Shown piece after piece: positions 7,802 through 14,884 of a DNA stretch of 64,000 nucleotides (position 1 is the first letter of the stretch; each line of letters starts with the position of its first letter). This DNA comes from a virus. The position numbers and the translations under genes are program-made. The notes under the pieces were generated by a model. It saw only the letters and a program-made list of their open reading frames with translations. It ran no database searches and was not told the DNA's origin. Location of the stretch: positions 1 to 64,000 of the IMG/VR virus record IMGVR_UViG_3300023116_000009; one strand, written 5' to 3'.

Positions 7802-8128
7802 TTAGCGGATTGGCAGCACCCCCTGCTCATTAAGTATACCCCAGCACAGTCCTGAGTTATACAAACCAGCGTAGCGGTTGCCTACACTGAATCCGATAAT
7901 CTCATCACCAGGGTATGCTTGAAAGTTCACCCCAAAGTATACCAAATTGGTGATGGAATCAGGGGTGGCAAAGTGTGCCTTACTGATGCGTTGGAAAATC
8001 ACATGAATGATGGCAATTGTGTAGAGAATTGCAGTAACAAACTGTTCTTTCAGTTTGTTATAGTCAATGCGAGAGATTGCCTCGATCGCATCATCAACGG
8101 GAGGAAATGCAGCAGAGTGAGCAAACAT
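7802..8128 (-). CDS. Early hypothetical protein with one hydrophobic segment
   Basis: 108-aa ORF with TATAAT at 8160-8155 and a matching leader. Confidence 0.65.
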   Translation of the reverse strand: MFAHSAAFPPVDDAIEAISRIDYNKLKEQFVTAILYTIAIIHVIFQRISKAHFATPDSITNLVYFGVNFQAYPGDEIIGFSVGNRYAGLYNSGLCWGILNEQGVLPIR

Positions 8129-8206
8129 TGGTGGTTGTCGTGGTTGACTCTTTCATTATAAGCACGGCAGGGTTGACATTGGGATGGACTGTAACATTCT
8201 GAAACA

Positions 8207-8345
8207 TTACAGATTGTTTCAATGTCTTGCATTTGAGCACCCTGGGTGCCTATGCTGGAGGGAGGCAAGAGGGCGGGATCCCCCCTCAGGGCATTGTTAC
8301 AGATTGTTTCAATGTGCCACGGTGCTCACCCTGAACTGCTACAAT
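8207..8345 (+). repeat. Two 19-bp direct repeats, each followed by a plus-strand -10-like hexamer
   Basis: TTACAGATTGTTTCAATGT at 8207-8225 and 8297-8315; TATGCT at 8251-8256 and TACAAT at 8340-8345. Confidence 0.7.
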
Positions 8346-8426
8346 GTTAATAAGAATAAAACAACACTGTGTTATTCTTTATAATCAGTGCTGTGTAATT
8401 CTAATTATACACTGTTGTGTATAAAG

Positions 8427-8472
8427 AATACACTAAGAGTTAGTTATTCTTTATACTAACTCTTAGTGTATT
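8427..8472. repeat. Perfect 18-bp inverted repeat
   Basis: AATACACTAAGAGTTAGT (8427-8444) pairs with ACTAACTCTTAGTGTATT (8455-8472); 10-nt loop. Confidence 0.9.
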
Positions 8473-8476
8473 ACTA

Positions 8477-8650
8477 TCACTCTTCAATAAGATGAGGATA
8501 GAATTCTTCTACTTCTTTAAGTAGTTCTTCATCACTTATCTTATCAAGATCTTCTTCCAAATAATCATTAACAATAGTTGTTAATGTTTGTATATCCATG
8601 TCATCAATCATGCAGGAAATGAGATTTTGTTGCAGTTCTTGACGATTCAT
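8477..8650 (-). CDS. Acidic 57-aa protein (not in the ORF track)
   Basis: MNRQELQQNLISCMIDDMDIQTLTTIVNDYLEEDLDKISDEELLKEVEEFYPHLIEE. Confidence 0.75.
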   Translation of the reverse strand: MNRQELQQNLISCMIDDMDIQTLTTIVNDYLEEDLDKISDEELLKEVEEFYPHLIEE

Positions 8651-8733
8651 TTGTTTTTGATGAAAACTACAGAAACTGTTGGTTTTGAAGAAAAGTGATG
8701 GTTTTGGTGAGGTTCCCTCCCCTCCACCCCTTT

Positions 8734-8762
8734 AGTATAGGCATGGAGGGGGGAGAAGTCAA
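8734..8762 (-). promoter_or_regulatory. Sigma70-type promoter
   Basis: TTGACT-N17-TATACT. Confidence 0.8.
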
Positions 8763-8792
8763 GGGGGTGTGGTCACCCCCTCAAGTGTCACA

Positions 8793-8984
8793 TCAGAACA
8801 GCAGGTCTGCGATCTGCTCCATGATGCTGCCGTGATCAGCGATAAAGTGACCATCACGACGGATCTCAGCATAACCGTGCTCTTCTGCCAGATCATACAT
8901 CAGATCGTAGGCACGGTCCAGGTCCAGGACGGACTCGGACTCGTAAGGGGCAGAGGGAACCAGGATTTCGTAGCGGATGGACAT
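8793..8984 (-). CDS. Early hypothetical protein (acidic)
   Basis: 63-aa ORF; cassette TATAAT (9017-9012)-N29-GTCCAC (9052-9047). Confidence 0.75.
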   Translation of the reverse strand: MSIRYEILVPSAPYESESVLDLDRAYDLMYDLAEEHGYAEIRRDGHFIADHGSIMEQIADLLF

Positions 8985-9057
8985 GGTTGGTTGCCTTTGG
9001 TTGACTCTGTAATTATAGAGGGGTGAGGGGTGCTAGGCACCCCGAGGTGGACACTGA

Positions 9058-9576
9058 TCAGACCGTCACAATACGAGCGAGGTCAGCGGTGAGAGGTTGC
9101 TCAGTCACGAAATCATACTCTTGGGTGTTAGTGTCACCCCAACCCAGTTTCCATGCTTGCCAACCATCACCAGGGGTGAACAGATAGCACCACTCTTCTC
9201 CACTATCACCAGAGAGAAACTCATCGAACGTGGTCATCTTAGGAGGAGCATCCTCACCACGCTCAGAATAATAGAGGGGAGCAGGTTCTGCTTTGACTGG
9301 AGAATAGATCCACATGTTATTCTCGTCAGTCATGTACTTAACCTCACGCTCACCTCCACTCATAATGACCTGTTTGAGAGGTGCAGATTCCCACATGTTA
9401 GTGGTATACAGCGAGGACATATCGCCACCGTTGATGAGTTCTTCAACCTTCTCTTTGGTGTTGAAGTGCTTCACCAGGTCACGACCATTGCCCTGGATGT
9501 AACCATCGTAGTGGCAGTAGACAGACACGATCTGGTCAGGACCGAGAGCGAGACCGATGCGAGAGCGAGTTCCCAT
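9058..9576 (-). CDS. Conserved phage early protein of unknown function
   Basis: MGTRSRIG..SVYCHYDGY..NG..L..HF motif; cassette TATTCT (9607-9602)-N29-GTCCAC (9642-9637). Confidence 0.8.
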   Translation of the reverse strand: MGTRSRIGLALGPDQIVSVYCHYDGYIQGNGRDLVKHFNTKEKVEELINGGDMSSLYTTNMWESAPLKQVIMSGGEREVKYMTDENNMWIYSPVKAEPAPLYYSERGEDAPPKMTTFDEFLSGDSGEEWCYLFTPGDGWQAWKLGWGDTNTQEYDFVTEQPLTADLARIVTV

Positions 9577-9645
9577 GGGGTGTTCCCTTGACGACTTCTA
9601 TAGAATACAGGGTGGGGTCACCCTTGGCAACCCCTAGTGGACAGT

Positions 9646-9873
9646 TCAGGCACTGACCACTTCAGACAGACGACGGTCAGCACGTGCTGCCAGAATGAAC
9701 TTACCAACACTCTCTTCATTGTTGATAACGTTCTGCAGATCTTGCACGAACGTTTCATTCATGTTGTAAGTGTAATCCTTACCATTGTTGTAAGTGAGAG
9801 TTGCAGTTCCTGCCTCACTATCAACCACGATGGGGGATTGCAGCATGGAGGACTTGGTGAATTCGATGTTCAT
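9646..9873 (-). CDS. KTSC-like small protein
   Basis: Pattern SSM..(beta)..TLTYNNGKDYTY..SVGKFI resembles the KTSC domain; promoter TTGACA (9930-9925)-N17-TATTGT. Confidence 0.5.
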   Translation of the reverse strand: MNIEFTKSSMLQSPIVVDSEAGTATLTYNNGKDYTYNMNETFVQDLQNVINNEESVGKFILAARADRRLSEVVSA

Positions 9874-9945
9874 GAGTTAGTTGTGTGTCAACGACTCAGG
9901 TACAATACATCGGATTGCCCACCCTGTCAACCCCTCTGTGCCACC

Positions 9946-10341
9946 TCAGGGACTGTCACTCAAGAAGTTCTTTTGAACCCATTTCGTGCCATATACTGCA
10001 GTTCGATACTTCATCCAACCAACTTCACCGACATTGGTATGTCCTTTGTCATTGTAGTTGGCACCACGTATCTCACCTTTTTGTGAGTAATTCTCACCAC
10101 GAATTACATTGTAATTATCTGGTTTCTTTTTCCATTGTGGCATTTCTTGCTTCAATTTAGAAAGATTCTCAGAATCTACAATTCCTATGTAATTCTTAGA
10201 ATATTTTAATAATAATCTTTTATACACACGATTCACTAATTCTAGTGAATGATATGGCATTACTACTTCTTGATAGAAACCCTGCTTCTTAGGCACCCAC
10301 ACATATAATTGGTCTCTTTGTATCTTAACAATATAATACAC
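9946..10341 (-). CDS. Basic hypothetical protein (start uncertain)
   Basis: 131-aa ORF downstream of the promoter at 10391-10419; internal RG(E/A)NY..KG repeat. Confidence 0.5.
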   Translation of the reverse strand: MYYIVKIQRDQLYVWVPKKQGFYQEVVMPYHSLELVNRVYKRLLLKYSKNYIGIVDSENLSKLKQEMPQWKKKPDNYNVIRGENYSQKGEIRGANYNDKGHTNVGEVGWMKYRTAVYGTKWVQKNFLSDSP

Positions 10342-10390
10342 TAGTGTCTCTAAGCTACTCTATAATATATCTATCAAACCTGACCCAGTT

Positions 10391-10419
10391 ATTCTAGCAG
10401 TTTCTCACAGGTTTGTCAA
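10391..10419 (-). promoter_or_regulatory. Sigma70-type promoter
   Basis: TTGACA-N17-TAGAAT. Confidence 0.85.
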
Positions 10420-10662
10420 GTGGTCAGTTTCTGAAGTGTCTGTCAGGATTCTCAGAAATCTCAGAAAATGAAAGTTTTCCACAGAAATTGAGAAATCTGT
10501 GGAAAACTATGGAATGTGCCAGTTTTTGTAGTGTCTGTGGAAACTTGACAAACGTGTGCTGACGTGCTAAGACCACAAGTTCTCACAGTATTTCTATACT
10601 TTTCCACAACCTTGTGGAAAACATAAGTATATTTATTTTGACATTAAAACAATTGTGGAAAA
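10401..10662. repeat. Cluster of TTTTCCACA (DnaA-box-like) 9-mers
   Basis: Exact copies at 10475 (+), 10498 (-), 10600 (+), 10613 (-) and 10654 (-); variants near 10401, 10536 and 10579. Confidence 0.8.
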
Positions 10663-10678
10663 ACTCACAATAATTAGA

Positions 10679-10894
10679 TCACGACACTGCTTCTACCCAA
10701 CATTTAGCAGGTCCATCCACTTTATTGTTCCTTTCATACAACCAGTCAAACATATTCTGTAGTTCACTACACCTCTTTTCCGCATCATACTGAGTATTAA
10801 ACCATTCATCCATGTTAGGAACACGTCCTGGTCGTTGAAAGAGAACAACATATTTCATTGGATCATCTCCATAATGTTTTCTTGAGTATAGCAT
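10679..10894 (-). CDS. Hypothetical protein
   Basis: ORF track entry; last gene of a run of overlapping small genes. Confidence 0.55.
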   Translation of the reverse strand: MLYSRKHYGDDPMKYVVLFQRPGRVPNMDEWFNTQYDAEKRCSELQNMFDWLYERNNKVDGPAKCWVEAVS

Positions 10895-11075
10895 AATTGT
10901 TGGAGATTTGGTAGATGTAAGTCACACCAGTGTTACTTGTTGCAACAATCTGATCTCCTTGTACAATAGCAGTTGCGATGTTAGTACCAAATGTTTGAAT
11001 AACACCACTGCGTTGAGAGGATCTTAATTGAATTGATCCATTTGACACAGTGGTATAGAATGCAGCGTTAATCAT
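10863..11075 (-). CDS. Hypothetical beta-rich protein
   Basis: 70-aa ORF overlapping its neighbours. Confidence 0.65.
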   Translation of the reverse strand: MINAAFYTTVSNGSIQLRSSQRSGVIQTFGTNIATAIVQGDQIVATSNTGVTYIYQISNNYAILKKTLWR

Positions 11076-11241
11076 CTCCTAATACTACCTCGTAACAGAA
11101 ACCTTCTAATACAAAGTATTTACACTCTTGATGTAGTTGGTATCTATCTTGGAGATCAAGATCAATCACCGTTTGAATGAATCTTACCTGTTCATTAACA
11201 GATAGATTACCTGACAGGAACATTGGCAGATAGTTGTCCAT
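11068..11241 (-). CDS. Hypothetical protein
   Basis: Probable start MDNYLPMF inside ORF 11068-11370. Confidence 0.55.
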   Translation of the reverse strand: MDNYLPMFLSGNLSVNEQVRFIQTVIDLDLQDRYQLHQECKYFVLEGFCYEVVLGDD

Positions 11242-11389
11242 TTCCTGTAGATAGGTATTTAATTTTGCTTTTTTGTTGAGGGAAGACGAGGACTCCATAA
11301 TGCATGTGTTGGGGCGTAACTGTGATATAATTTTGATCAATGAAAGTAACACGGGCGAGATCATCATCATACACTACAAGATCATTCAC
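11207..11389 (-). CDS. Hypothetical protein (possible GTG start)
   Basis: C-terminal part of ORF 11207-11542; the GTG overlaps the upstream stop. Confidence 0.4.
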   Translation of the reverse strand: MNDLVVYDDDLARVTFIDQNYITVTPQHMHYGVLVFPQQKSKIKYLSTGNGQLSANVPVR

Positions 11390-11600
11390 CCTCAGTTGAT
11401 TGAAATTGGTCAGGGTGCTCCATTCGGGCAAGGGTTTCGGTGAGGTTTTTGAAGTACACTGCATCGGTTCCTGAGTAGTCACAGTATTGATACTCGATTC
11501 GCTCTTTGTGGAGCAGGTTTCGGATGAGTGCTGCATTTTCATCAGTAAGTGTAAATGTCATTTCCTTCGGAGGTTTCATTGTACTGTTCTGAGGAGTCAT
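11382..11600 (-). CDS. Hypothetical protein
   Basis: 72-aa ORF, collinear with neighbours. Confidence 0.6.
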   Translation of the reverse strand: MTPQNSTMKPPKEMTFTLTDENAALIRNLLHKERIEYQYCDYSGTDAVYFKNLTETLARMEHPDQFQSTEGE

Positions 11601-11730
11601 TATTTATCCCCACATCTTTCCATCCATATTTGAATCCTTTGTAATCATCATAGTCGTCCCAGGGAACAGTTACACTCTCCCAGAACTCTCCATCTGCTTC
11701 AAATGTTTCGTTGGTGAGGTCTTCGTACAT
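11542..11730 (-). CDS. Acidic hypothetical protein (3' end overlaps the next gene)
   Basis: 62-aa ORF, D/E/W-rich. Confidence 0.5.
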   Translation of the reverse strand: MYEDLTNETFEADGEFWESVTVPWDDYDDYKGFKYGWKDVGINNDSSEQYNETSEGNDIYTY

Positions 11731-11738
11731 AATCTTGG

Positions 11739-11891
11739 TTACAGGGGGGTTGTAGGGGCATCTGGAGGGGTCTGAGGATGCATCCTGCGATAGTCGTCAT
11801 GTAGACGTTGAATCGCTTTCAGGGTATCAGGAGTTTCATCCCACTCCCATTGGTTTCCGTTCTTGTCAATGAACTGTCTCTTCTGTGTCAT
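11739..11891 (-). CDS. Hypothetical protein (50 aa, not in the ORF track)
   Basis: MTQKRQFIDKNGNQWEWDETPDTLKAIQRLHDD...; ATGA overlap with the upstream gene. Confidence 0.6.
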   Translation of the reverse strand: MTQKRQFIDKNGNQWEWDETPDTLKAIQRLHDDYRRMHPQTPPDAPTTPL

Positions 11892-12133
11892 AGTTTTCCT
11901 CCTACGGTGGCATCACCGATAACTCGTGAATGTTCATCTAATGTCCCGTCTTGTTCACACTTGAGGTGCCAACGGGTCATTCGTATTGTACTCTCTTCTG
12001 TGAGACCTGTCAACATCTCACGTCCATCTTTCGTTACAGTAGAATATAATCCACTGCGACGTTTGTAGACACGAAATGCATCATCAATCCATTCATACTC
12101 TGCAATTTCAGGATGCTCACTCATCATCATCAC
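11888..12133 (-). CDS. Conserved cyanophage hypothetical protein
   Basis: 81-aa ORF (EWIDDAFRV..GLYST..DG..LTGLT). Confidence 0.7.
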   Translation of the reverse strand: MMMMSEHPEIAEYEWIDDAFRVYKRRSGLYSTVTKDGREMLTGLTEESTIRMTRWHLKCEQDGTLDEHSRVIGDATVGGKL

Positions 12134-12302
12134 TCAACATGGACTCTTCAAATGATTCCATGAAATCAGTAAACTGTTTCATACGCTTTTCACTTTGATT
12201 TGGATCATCCGCAAACATACGCATGTATTGACCCAAATATTCATCTCGAACAGTAGTGTACACTTCGGACTGTTCAGGAGTCATTTCATTTTGCTTTGCC
12301 AA
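12117..12302 (-). CDS. Hypothetical protein
   Basis: 61-aa ORF overlapping its neighbours. Confidence 0.6.
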   Translation of the reverse strand: MAKQNEMTPEQSEVYTTVRDEYLGQYMRMFADDPNQSEKRMKQFTDFMESFEESMLSDDDE

Positions 12303-12486
12303 AACCGTTACCTCGCTTGAGTTGTTTGTTTACAATGTACATATCACGTAGACGTGATTTCAGTTTCTTCAGTTCATCATCACTGTACAAATGATCCTTC
12401 TTCAATGCCTCCTTGAGCATCTTAATTTCAGCAGCAGGAGACCAGATGCCAGGTTGTTGATGACCTAGTTGTTCATTAACTTTCAT
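12286..12486 (-). CDS. Hypothetical helical protein
   Basis: MKVNEQLG..LKEALKKDHLYSDDELKKLK..GFG. Confidence 0.65.
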   Translation of the reverse strand: MKVNEQLGHQQPGIWSPAAEIKMLKEALKKDHLYSDDELKKLKSRLRDMYIVNKQLKRGNGFGKAK

Positions 12487-12491
12487 GCTAA

Positions 12492-12731
12492 TCATACCTT
12501 TGTAATGCTAAACATCTTGGTTGGACGTGATGGAGCATTATGAATTGATTGACCCACTGCAAGAGCATGTTTCTTGGTGGATGCAAATCGAATCAGTTTC
12601 GTTCCATCTTGCTTATGCAGCACTAGTTTCCACTTGTGCTTGGAATCGGGATTGTTACGCAGTGTGGGTGTTGCCTTACGCTTCATTGGAAGTGGGGCAA
12701 ATACCATGTCCTGATCAAAGGTCGTGTTCAT
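12492..12731 (-). CDS. Basic hypothetical protein
   Basis: Probable start MNTTFDQD. Confidence 0.55.
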   Translation of the reverse strand: MNTTFDQDMVFAPLPMKRKATPTLRNNPDSKHKWKLVLHKQDGTKLIRFASTKKHALAVGQSIHNAPSRPTKMFSITKV

Positions 12732-12939
12732 AATGTTCCTCGATTCGGAGAAGATACTCATGTCGAGTATGCAATTTATTATACAGGCGAGAGATGAGTT
12801 TGACATCTCCCGCATGTGCCGCTTCTGATTGTGTCATATACTGCATTGACGAGATCAATACAGACAATTCTTGCGGAGTCAGTTCAAATGTCGAATTCTT
12901 CAATGAAATAATCCACGGTAACTTCAAGTTCAGCAGCAC
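12715..12939 (-). CDS. Hypothetical protein (start uncertain)
   Basis: ORF track entry, collinear with neighbours. Confidence 0.5.
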   Translation of the reverse strand: MLLNLKLPWIISLKNSTFELTPQELSVLISSMQYMTQSEAAHAGDVKLISRLYNKLHTRHEYLLRIEEHYEHDL

Positions 12940-13072
12940 GTTTCTCTAGTTCAATAGCACACCTATGTGCTTCTTCTGCCGCTTTTTCGTCAAACAGATC
13001 GTATGTTGAATCAAAAAACACAGGATGCTTCCTCCTTAGAATGATATGGTCCGTACACATCGTATCCACCAT
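12884..13072 (-). CDS. Hypothetical protein (start uncertain)
   Basis: C-terminal EKRAAELEVTVDYFIEEF helix. Confidence 0.55.
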   Translation of the reverse strand: MVDTMCTDHIILRRKHPVFFDSTYDLFDEKAAEEAHRCAIELEKRAAELEVTVDYFIEEFDI

Positions 13073-13187
13073 CGCTGAAAGATAGTTCTACATACCATCC
13101 TTCTTCGTCATGATCACAATCCATCTGTGTCTCATACGCATATTCATCAACGTAATACACACTTCTGTCGATTACTCTCGTATACAT
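13011..13187 (-). CDS. Acidic hypothetical protein (58 aa, not in the ORF track)
   Basis: MYTRVIDRSVYYVDEYAYETQMDCDHDEEGWYVELSFSDGGYDVYGPYHSKEEASCVF. Confidence 0.55.
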   Translation of the reverse strand: MYTRVIDRSVYYVDEYAYETQMDCDHDEEGWYVELSFSDGGYDVYGPYHSKEEASCVF

Positions 13188-13218
13188 GGTGGAAACTCCG
13201 TGAACGTGGTTGAACAGT

Positions 13219-13419
13219 TTAGATCTTAGGTCTTTTTTGTTGGATTGTCAAGCGCACGTCAGATCCCCAATCGTTCATTTTGGTGATACCACCAAATGAT
13301 AATTCAAGATCTGTATCATGCCACTTCAGTTCTCTGATGAAATCTCGATCAATATTGATTCGCAGATCACCATCATCATCATACCAGTATGTGAAATACT
13401 CTTGAATATTTGGTTTCAT
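13219..13419 (-). CDS. Hypothetical protein
   Basis: 66-aa ORF. Confidence 0.6.
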   Translation of the reverse strand: MKPNIQEYFTYWYDDDGDLRINIDRDFIRELKWHDTDLELSFGGITKMNDWGSDVRLTIQQKRPKI

Positions 13420-13431
13420 AGTATTATGTAT

Positions 13432-13965
13432 TCAGTTTCCGCGTTTAAGGTAATCCTTATTCACTTTTGATGTGGTTTTGTTCTTACCACCATTGAAAAT
13501 AGTGAAGAACTCTAGATCATCTTGCTTGGCAAGATACTGTACGGCACGGAGCAGGGATTCAAGATTGTCTCCCAATGCTCCCATACCTGTATTGCATTTC
13601 TTGCACAACCATCCACGGAATTCTCCTGTGTCATGATCATGGTCACACTGCCATCCCCATGTACCATCTACACCATCAGGAACAGATGCTTTGTTCTTGT
13701 ACACTGGTTTGGTGCAGATAGCACATTTATCACCATATGCAGGGCGTGGATGGTTCTTCAGGATCGTCTTTTTAACATTAGCGAGTTCCTTACTAATACG
13801 AGTGCTACAAGTATCGCAATATGTGTTAACACGTAGACGATAACCATCTTTTGTAAATCGATTGGCATACCAAGAGAATTCTACATTGTCTTTTCTAGCA
13901 TTACATGATGAGCACACACAGGTGCCCTCTGGAATGTTGTCGAGATTCTTACCCACGGATGGCAT
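13432..13965 (-). CDS. Endonuclease VII-like nuclease
   Basis: CAIC...DHDHDTGEFRGWLCKKCNTGMG.LGDN is the recombination endonuclease VII His-Me signature; extra N-terminal CxxC pairs. Confidence 0.88.
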   Translation of the reverse strand: MPSVGKNLDNIPEGTCVCSSCNARKDNVEFSWYANRFTKDGYRLRVNTYCDTCSTRISKELANVKKTILKNHPRPAYGDKCAICTKPVYKNKASVPDGVDGTWGWQCDHDHDTGEFRGWLCKKCNTGMGALGDNLESLLRAVQYLAKQDDLEFFTIFNGGKNKTTSKVNKDYLKRGN

Positions 13966-14245
13966 TGGCGATTGAATTCTTGATAATATTATAAATCAAA
14001 AATGCACCAGTGACTTGCCACCATGTGACACTCAATCCAATGGCATACACAAGAAGTGCCCAAATAATAGTGGACAGGACTGCAGTGGCAACAAATCCTC
14101 CAATGATTTTACCGAATGACTCACCAAGTTCTTCTGCTCGGAGTTTCAGTCGTTCTTCCTCAGTCATGTTCATCTCTTTGATGGTTTTGATGAGTTGTTC
14201 AGGTGTAACGTCTTTATTCTTCATGGTCACCAAGGAACGTTTCAC
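13949..14245 (-). CDS. Membrane protein (two predicted TM segments)
   Basis: Hydrophobic stretches IIGGFVATAVLSTIIWALLVYAIG and VTGAFLIYNII. Confidence 0.65.
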   Translation of the reverse strand: MKRSLVTMKNKDVTPEQLIKTIKEMNMTEEERLKLRAEELGESFGKIIGGFVATAVLSTIIWALLVYAIGLSVTWWQVTGAFLIYNIIKNSIANAIRG

Positions 14246-14612
14246 ATGCTAGTGTATCACAAGGAGGACACTCATGGGGTTCATTGGCACTGTTCCAGAA
14301 CTTCTGATTTGCTGCTAGGAGTGCCTCTTCTACTTCCTGTCTAAATGACGGACGAGGGATGAAGATATCATCCATATCACGTTTGTATTCAGGATACTTC
14401 TGCTCAAATTCAAACTCTGCATCATACAACAGGGATTGCACGATGTCGTTGATAACATCAAGTGTTCCTGCGGTGAGTTCTTCCCACTTATATTTGGGGA
14501 ACATATCATCCTTCACACGATCCAGTAATGCTTTCTTGCAATACCAACGGGAATCAAACATCGTAGTGAATGCTTCCCAATCTTCTTGGGTTTTGAAATT
14601 AGGAATTGTCAT
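14214..14612 (-). CDS. Conserved cyanophage hypothetical protein
   Basis: Probable start MTIPNFKTQEDW. Confidence 0.7.
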   Translation of the reverse strand: MTIPNFKTQEDWEAFTTMFDSRWYCKKALLDRVKDDMFPKYKWEELTAGTLDVINDIVQSLLYDAEFEFEQKYPEYKRDMDDIFIPRPSFRQEVEEALLAANQKFWNSANEPHECPPCDTLACETFLGDHEE

Positions 14613-14884
14613 TTGTTTTCTCCACAGTAAAGGAAATACTTGTACTCGGCAAATCGAGATGTGTTCCATCGTACTATATCACATCCTTTGTACGTGTCAA
14701 CCACCTCAGCATGGGATTCCATGAATGTTTCGTCTTCACCACCAGAGAGCATTGCAATGCCCAGGATGGCGATACCCATTAATCCAACAGTAAATGCCAC
14801 ACCACGCATAAACTCTTTGAGTGCTGCTTTATCATCTTCAGTCATAGGTAGATGCCAGAAATACTTTGATTGTTTGTCCATCAT
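14609..14884 (-). CDS. Single-pass membrane protein
   Basis: TM segment VAFTVGLMGIAILGIAML followed by EVVDTYKGCDIVRW..YFLYC. Confidence 0.65.
   Translation of the reverse strand: MMDKQSKYFWHLPMTEDDKAALKEFMRGVAFTVGLMGIAILGIAMLSGGEDETFMESHAEVVDTYKGCDIVRWNTSRFAEYKYFLYCGENK

Noticed and set aside
8191-8210. NtcA box in GTAACATTCTGAAACATTAC
   Set aside because: Spacing is GTA-N14-TAC, not the required GTA-N8-TAC.
8712-8730. G-quadruplex in the leader of the 8650 gene
   Set aside because: Only three tracts of three or more G plus a GG; at best a weak two-tier structure, with no other support.
5883-9591. Plus-strand ORFs in the early island (for example 6173-6559 and 9097-9591)
   Set aside because: Antisense shadows produced by high GC content; all promoters and leaders point to the minus strand.
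5620-9945. Repeated GAACTGAAGTCAGTATAG units as a CRISPR array
   Set aside because: The repeats are degenerate, irregularly spaced and separated by whole genes; they match -10 promoter and leader elements, and there are no cas genes.
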